From IMG/VR virus record IMGVR_UViG_3300045988_120991, positions 101,979 to 165,978 of that record: a stretch of 64,000 nucleotides of DNA; one strand, written 5' to 3'. This document shows, piece after piece, positions 60,441 through 64,000 of this stretch (positions within the stretch are counted from its first letter, which is position 1; each line of letters starts with the position of its first letter). A program made the translations under genes and the position numbers. The notes beneath the pieces were generated by a model. That model was not told the origin of the DNA. It saw only the letters and a list, made by a program, of their open reading frames with translations, and made no database searches. This DNA comes from a virus.

Positions 60441-60533
60441 TTATTTTTTATATATATCCACAAATATAGCTACAAATGCTCCAGACATTCCTCCAATCAT
60501 TGCAGATAAGATAACGATTGTGGCAATTGTCAT
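60441..60533 (-). CDS. single-TM micro-protein (30 aa)
   Basis: Hand-translated MTIATIVILSAMIGGMSGAFVAIFVDIYKK. GAGGAGG RBS. Confidence 0.35.
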   Translation of the reverse strand: MTIATIVILSAMIGGMSGAFVAIFVDIYKK

Positions 60534-60546
60534 TTACTTTACCTCC

Positions 60547-60744
60547 TCATAATTCAATCATCCTATTGTCAACTTCAATCACGTCAATTAAAAGTTTGTC
60601 TTGTACAATGTCAAGCATATCTTCAAACCCATTTGCTTCAAGCAGCGTTTTTGCCTTTTGTGCTTTCTCAAAAGTGGTACATCTTGCAAAAACCATTCCA
60701 TCTAAATCGTCAATGCCAATTACGTTAAATAGCTTTTCGGGCAT
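60547..60744 (-). CDS. hypothetical protein
   Basis: ORF track, 65 aa. Confidence 0.5.
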   Translation of the reverse strand: MPEKLFNVIGIDDLDGMVFARCTTFEKAQKAKTLLEANGFEDMLDIVQDKLLIDVIEVDNRMIEL

Positions 60745-61002
60745 TTACTTTTCCTCCTTATCCAAATACCGCTCAACTGCATTATTCCACGCTTCATTCA
60801 CGGAGATTTTTTCGTTTGTCCAATCTCCTTCAAAATCACAGAAAGAGCACTTCCTTTTTGTACCAACGCCTCTTTGACCATACCATACACTCGTACCCCT
60901 CTTGCCGCATACTGGGCAGGGTTTAATGGGAATATACGGTTTCTTTTTGATTAGACTATAACCGAGCTTGCTTGCTTCGGTTTTCAGTTCTTCAAGTGTC
61001 AT
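60745..61002 (-). CDS. zinc-ribbon small protein
   Basis: 85 aa. CPVCG...CSFCD. Confidence 0.5.
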   Translation of the reverse strand: MTLEELKTEASKLGYSLIKKKPYIPIKPCPVCGKRGTSVWYGQRGVGTKRKCSFCDFEGDWTNEKISVNEAWNNAVERYLDKEEK

Positions 61003-61184
61003 TTACTTTGTCTCCTTTTACTATACGCATTCACAACTACGTCTCTTTTATATCTTTCATATTCTTTGTCGGCCCTCATCTTCTCTCTTATGTTGTCTAC
61101 GCCGTTGCGAAAACTTATGTAATTTTCACAATTTGAGTGACACCCAACTGTTCTTTTTGTGCAGTTTTGACAAGGAGATTTCAT
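60999..61184 (-). CDS. Cys-rich small protein
   Basis: 61 aa. CQNCTKRTVGCHSNCE. Confidence 0.45.
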   Translation of the reverse strand: MKSPCQNCTKRTVGCHSNCENYISFRNGVDNIREKMRADKEYERYKRDVVVNAYSKRRQSK

Positions 61185-61549
61185 TCACCGTCCTCCTTAA
61201 TATTCTTGAACTTGCCCATTTCGGCGCACAGCTTCGCTTTCTTTCGCTCAATCTCTGCCAACTGAAGCTTCATTACATCATACTCCATCTTTGCCTTTGC
61301 ATAGATACGATCCTGAATCGCATCCGCATAATAGCTCATGTCTGCCACATAGCAGTACAGATGACCATCGACGGCAGGCTTTCCATCACGAAGCTTCACA
61401 TGGAAGTTTGCATAAGGCATATGCTTCAAATCAGCACATTCCTTTGCAGAAGTAAACACCTCACCGGTGTCCAGATTCATAACTGCCTTACCCTTACGAC
61501 GGTCGCTCTCCACAATATATTTGGCCTTGACGATTTTGATGTTTTTCAT
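61181..61549 (-). CDS. hypothetical protein
   Basis: ORF track, 122 aa. Confidence 0.5.
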   Translation of the reverse strand: MKNIKIVKAKYIVESDRRKGKAVMNLDTGEVFTSAKECADLKHMPYANFHVKLRDGKPAVDGHLYCYVADMSYYADAIQDRIYAKAKMEYDVMKLQLAEIERKKAKLCAEMGKFKNIKEDGE

Positions 61550-61583
61550 GATGTCAATTTCCTTTCTGCCAGTTTGGCGTTAA

Positions 61584-62528
61584 TTAATAATACAAATCCT
61601 GAGAGCACACGTCAACAACGTTGTCGTATGTCATATCAGTTTTGTCCATAACGAAGTGACCGATTGCTTCTGCTTTGGAACGAGCATAAGTGTCATAATA
61701 TTCAGTCGTGCCATACACATTCACATACTCGATAATATAATACTTCTGCGCATAGTAACTTTCCATTGTGCCGGTGTAGCTGTAGTTTGAGTATCCGCCG
61801 CTGTAACTATAGTTGTTACCATAATAGACAGAACTCATATCTTCCACATACTCAAACTTATCACTTTCCGTTGTCCTTTCGAGGATTGCACACGACGCCT
61901 CAATGCTTGCTTCCATTTCGGAAAACACCACATATTCACTTGTTGTGTGTGCATTGTGGTATCCACAAGACAGATTCACTGCCGCACAACCAAGAGCGGG
62001 AGCCACTTCGCAGATGTCAGAATAACTTCCATAGTTTGTTTTGTAGAAATCCTGCGTGATAAATTCCTCAAATTCATCATTTGCACAGGAATAAAACACA
62101 GCATCATTTGAGTTAGCTCGGTCAAACTCGATAATATAGTTAAAATCAAGTTCTTCAAGTAAGTCGCTTTTTGCAAACTTACCTGCACCAATTCCTCCCA
62201 CCTCCTCATCTTCCGTGAAAAGCACGGAGCAGTTAAATCTCTTGAGGATTTCAAAAATCATATACACGCCGCAACGATCATCTCCTCCAATCCCTTGCGG
62301 AGAAGAAATAATGTCTCCAGTGTCATCGTACACAATCAGGTTCGGAAGATTCTTGTGTACAGTATCCATATGAGCCACCAGCAGCACAGGAAATTTCCCT
62401 TGTGCATATACAAAACCATCTTCAACAATGGCCTTCCCATGAGTTACCTGCAACTTTTGCTTCACATGATTCTTCAAAGACTTCTGAGACATACGGCAAA
62501 TCTTTTCAAATTCTTTATTCATATACAT
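61584..62528 (-). CDS. Zn-metallopeptidase-like protein (M20/M28/M42-type motifs)
   Basis: 314 aa. VAHMDTVH, GGDDRCG and TEDEEVGGIGA match the H-x-D / D / EE metal-ligand pattern. Confidence 0.45.
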   Translation of the reverse strand: MYMNKEFEKICRMSQKSLKNHVKQKLQVTHGKAIVEDGFVYAQGKFPVLLVAHMDTVHKNLPNLIVYDDTGDIISSPQGIGGDDRCGVYMIFEILKRFNCSVLFTEDEEVGGIGAGKFAKSDLLEELDFNYIIEFDRANSNDAVFYSCANDEFEEFITQDFYKTNYGSYSDICEVAPALGCAAVNLSCGYHNAHTTSEYVVFSEMEASIEASCAILERTTESDKFEYVEDMSSVYYGNNYSYSGGYSNYSYTGTMESYYAQKYYIIEYVNVYGTTEYYDTYARSKAEAIGHFVMDKTDMTYDNVVDVCSQDLYY

Positions 62529-62536
62529 TACCTCCC

Positions 62537-64000
62537 TTAGACTTCAGTTTCGTTTTCGGCTTCCTCGGCACAGTTGGGGCAAAGCATACGACGAGCGACC
62601 TCCCTCATGTTTCTGTGTCTGTGCAGTTCGCCGCACTGTTCGCACGGCGCAAAGTTATCCTCGATGCAATCATCACAGAAGTATGCGCCCTCGCTTTCCA
62701 CATAAGTGGCATGTCTTTCGGTTACATATTCTCCACATTCATCGCAGTAATAGAAGTCGTCGAGGCAACTATCACATACAATTCCGAAACCTCTTACGCT
62801 GGTTCCCTCGCCAACATGATACTCCTCACACTGTTCACACCAGAAAGAACAGTCGCAGCAGTAAGGCTCATCGTCAATCCATCTGATGTCGCCATCATCA
62901 ATTTCACTTCCACAATGAGCACAGAAAACCTTCTTTGCACAGCAGGAAATATTGTCCTGTATGTCGTGTTCCTCGCCACAATTGATGCAGATAGGATCGT
63001 GGCCAATGATGATATTGTTCTCGTTCTCGCTTCCTTTCGGACGAGAAAGGGTGCAGTTGTCATAGCACTCATAGTCTTTGTAATGAGTTCCCTCAGAAAT
63101 CACATATTTTGCGGAAGCACCAGTCCCTCTGCCTACAGTCCACAGATTGGCAAACCCGAACAGTTCGGACATGATGCTTTGTACAATCTCCCTGTAAGGA
63201 GTGTATGCACCATTGTTACCGTCATTGTCCTGTGGATACAGTCTGCCTTGGATGAGCTTGTCCTCGCCCCAATGGAACATCTGACGGTTGATTTTAGGCT
63301 CATTCCAGAAATCGTTTCCTTTGTAGGAAGCATCCACAGTATAGAATACCATAGACGGAGAATCGAGCATATAACTTACAGTGCCAGAGGAATACATTCC
63401 CTCATAACTGTTGGGCATACCACGTCTGTTTTCCTTGTCGATGGTGTGGCAGCTTGCCCAGGAGTTACCGAAGGACATGGTGAGATAGTCCAGAGGATTC
63501 ACAGAAAGAACGGTATGCCTTGTAATTTGCAGAGGATTAAGCGCGTCGGCATATTTGGCAAAGGCACTGTTGTAGGCGGGCAGCTTGTCATATCCAATGT
63601 AGCTAAGGAGCTTATTAACCACACGGCTCATTTTCTGTCCCTTGTGGGCATGAATGCTGGGGCAGCTCCTGTTCAAATAATCGGTCATAACTTCATCAAT
63701 ATACTGTTCGGTACTATTAGGCAAGGAACTAATGAAATCGTAAAATTCCCTCGGAAGTTTCAGGCCATAGCAAATGACATGATCCCTCATATCTTCGGGC
63801 ATGAATTCTCTTACTGCCATAGCAGTATCATAACTAAGCAGCCACGTCCTAAACTTATCAATCTCATCCTTATCAACTTCGCGGTTGAAATTGTGGCTGA
63901 ACACAATCATAAACTTGCCTTCAAGATAATTCGGATGCCTCTTGAATGCGGTGATGAGGTCTGCCTTGTTGGTTGCCCAGGTGTCGATAATTTTGTTGAG
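62537..64000 (-). CDS. large hypothetical protein, WASCH-motif family (paralog 2) with CxxC-rich C-terminal tail; 5' end beyond window
   Basis: The frame stays open from 63910 to base 64000 (LNKIIDTWATNKADLITAFK...). That stretch aligns with NEYFTNKKDLIELFQK of paralog 1, so the true start is upstream of the window. The C-terminus has at least 8 CxxC pairs. Confidence 0.6.
   Translation of the reverse strand, partial: LNKIIDTWATNKADLITAFKRHPNYLEGKFMIVFSHNFNREVDKDEIDKFRTWLLSYDTAMAVREFMPEDMRDHVICYGLKLPREFYDFISSLPNSTEQYIDEVMTDYLNRSCPSIHAHKGQKMSRVVNKLLSYIGYDKLPAYNSAFAKYADALNPLQITRHTVLSVNPLDYLTMSFGNSWASCHTIDKENRRGMPNSYEGMYSSGTVSYMLDSPSMVFYTVDASYKGNDFWNEPKINRQMFHWGEDKLIQGRLYPQDNDGNNGAYTPYREIVQSIMSELFGFANLWTVGRGTGASAKYVISEGTHYKDYECYDNCTLSRPKGSENENNIIIGHDPICINCGEEHDIQDNISCCAKKVFCAHCGSEIDDGDIRWIDDEPYCCDCSFWCEQCEEYHVGEGTSVRGFGIVCDSCLDDFYYCDECGEYVTERHATYVESEGAYFCDDCIEDNFAPCEQCGELHRHRNMREVARRMLCPNCAEEAENETEV

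Noticed and set aside
33-61651. All plus-strand ORFs in the track, e.g. 33-455, 6653-7192, 18199-19002, 19611-20138, 45881-46459, 48921-49535, 57237-57836 and 60968-61651.
   Set aside because: Each lies antisense to a minus-strand gene with recognisable motifs or good RBS/overlap logic. They have low-complexity, Leu/Ile/Phe/Ser-rich translations typical of AT-rich shadow frames, and I saw no plus-strand promoter or RBS signals.
1-64000. rRNA genes, integron/transposon ends, att sites and structural (capsid/tail) genes.
   Set aside because: I recognised none by eye in this window. Absence of att repeats cannot be established without a search against the host genome.

Overview
This window looks like the early, replication and auxiliary region of a large, visibly AT-rich dsDNA phage or prophage. 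Host signals look Firmicutes-like: TTGACA-N16/17-TATAAT promoters, strong GGAGG ribosome-binding sites, and a GAAC-N4-GTTC Cheo-type box. Every feature I can support lies on the minus strand. All plus-strand ORFs in the track look like antisense shadows. I recognised no capsid or tail genes, no rRNA and no CRISPR array.

Recognisable modules, listed by increasing coordinate (transcription runs the other way):
- 963-9718: an RNA end-healing and sealing set. It has a Thg1-like 3'-5' nucleotidyltransferase, two metallophosphoesterase/HD proteins, a radical SAM protein, a P-loop kinase fused to an HD domain, and an RNA ligase with a tRNA-binding-type OB domain.
- 10148-14038: a metabolic block with dCMP deaminase, a 3D-domain protein, cysteine desulfurase and serine hydroxymethyltransferase.
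- 14078-19567: an array of 18 tRNA or tRNA-like genes, interleaved with three mini-proteins, a Ro60/TROVE-vWA-like gene and long structured non-coding spacers.
- 20254-22849: an operon of an adenylosuccinate-synthetase-like gene, a vWA gene and a Met-rich gene.
- 23197-42050: a replication module with Pol III alpha, RecJ-like, primase, DnaB, a Sak4-like ATPase and an SSB-like protein. It is punctuated by GIY-YIG and HNH-AP2 homing endonucleases and one degraded endonuclease remnant.
- 42784-44712: a tyrosine-recombinase locus with a LexA-like box downstream.
- 44727-64000: a long train of small, mostly unknown genes. It contains an N6-type DNA methyltransferase, a phosphatase and two large paralogous proteins of unknown function.

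The most unusual signal is four tRNA genes with otherwise canonical cloverleaves that carry 44-73 nt insertions. Three insertions sit in the anticodon loop and share a conserved 17-nt hairpin (GTNNG-GGCAGNA-CNNAC). All are far too short for group I introns. They sit in the same genome segment as a complete RNA repair/ligation toolkit and a Ro-like protein.

All calls come from reading the sequence and translations by eye. No database search or folding program was run.
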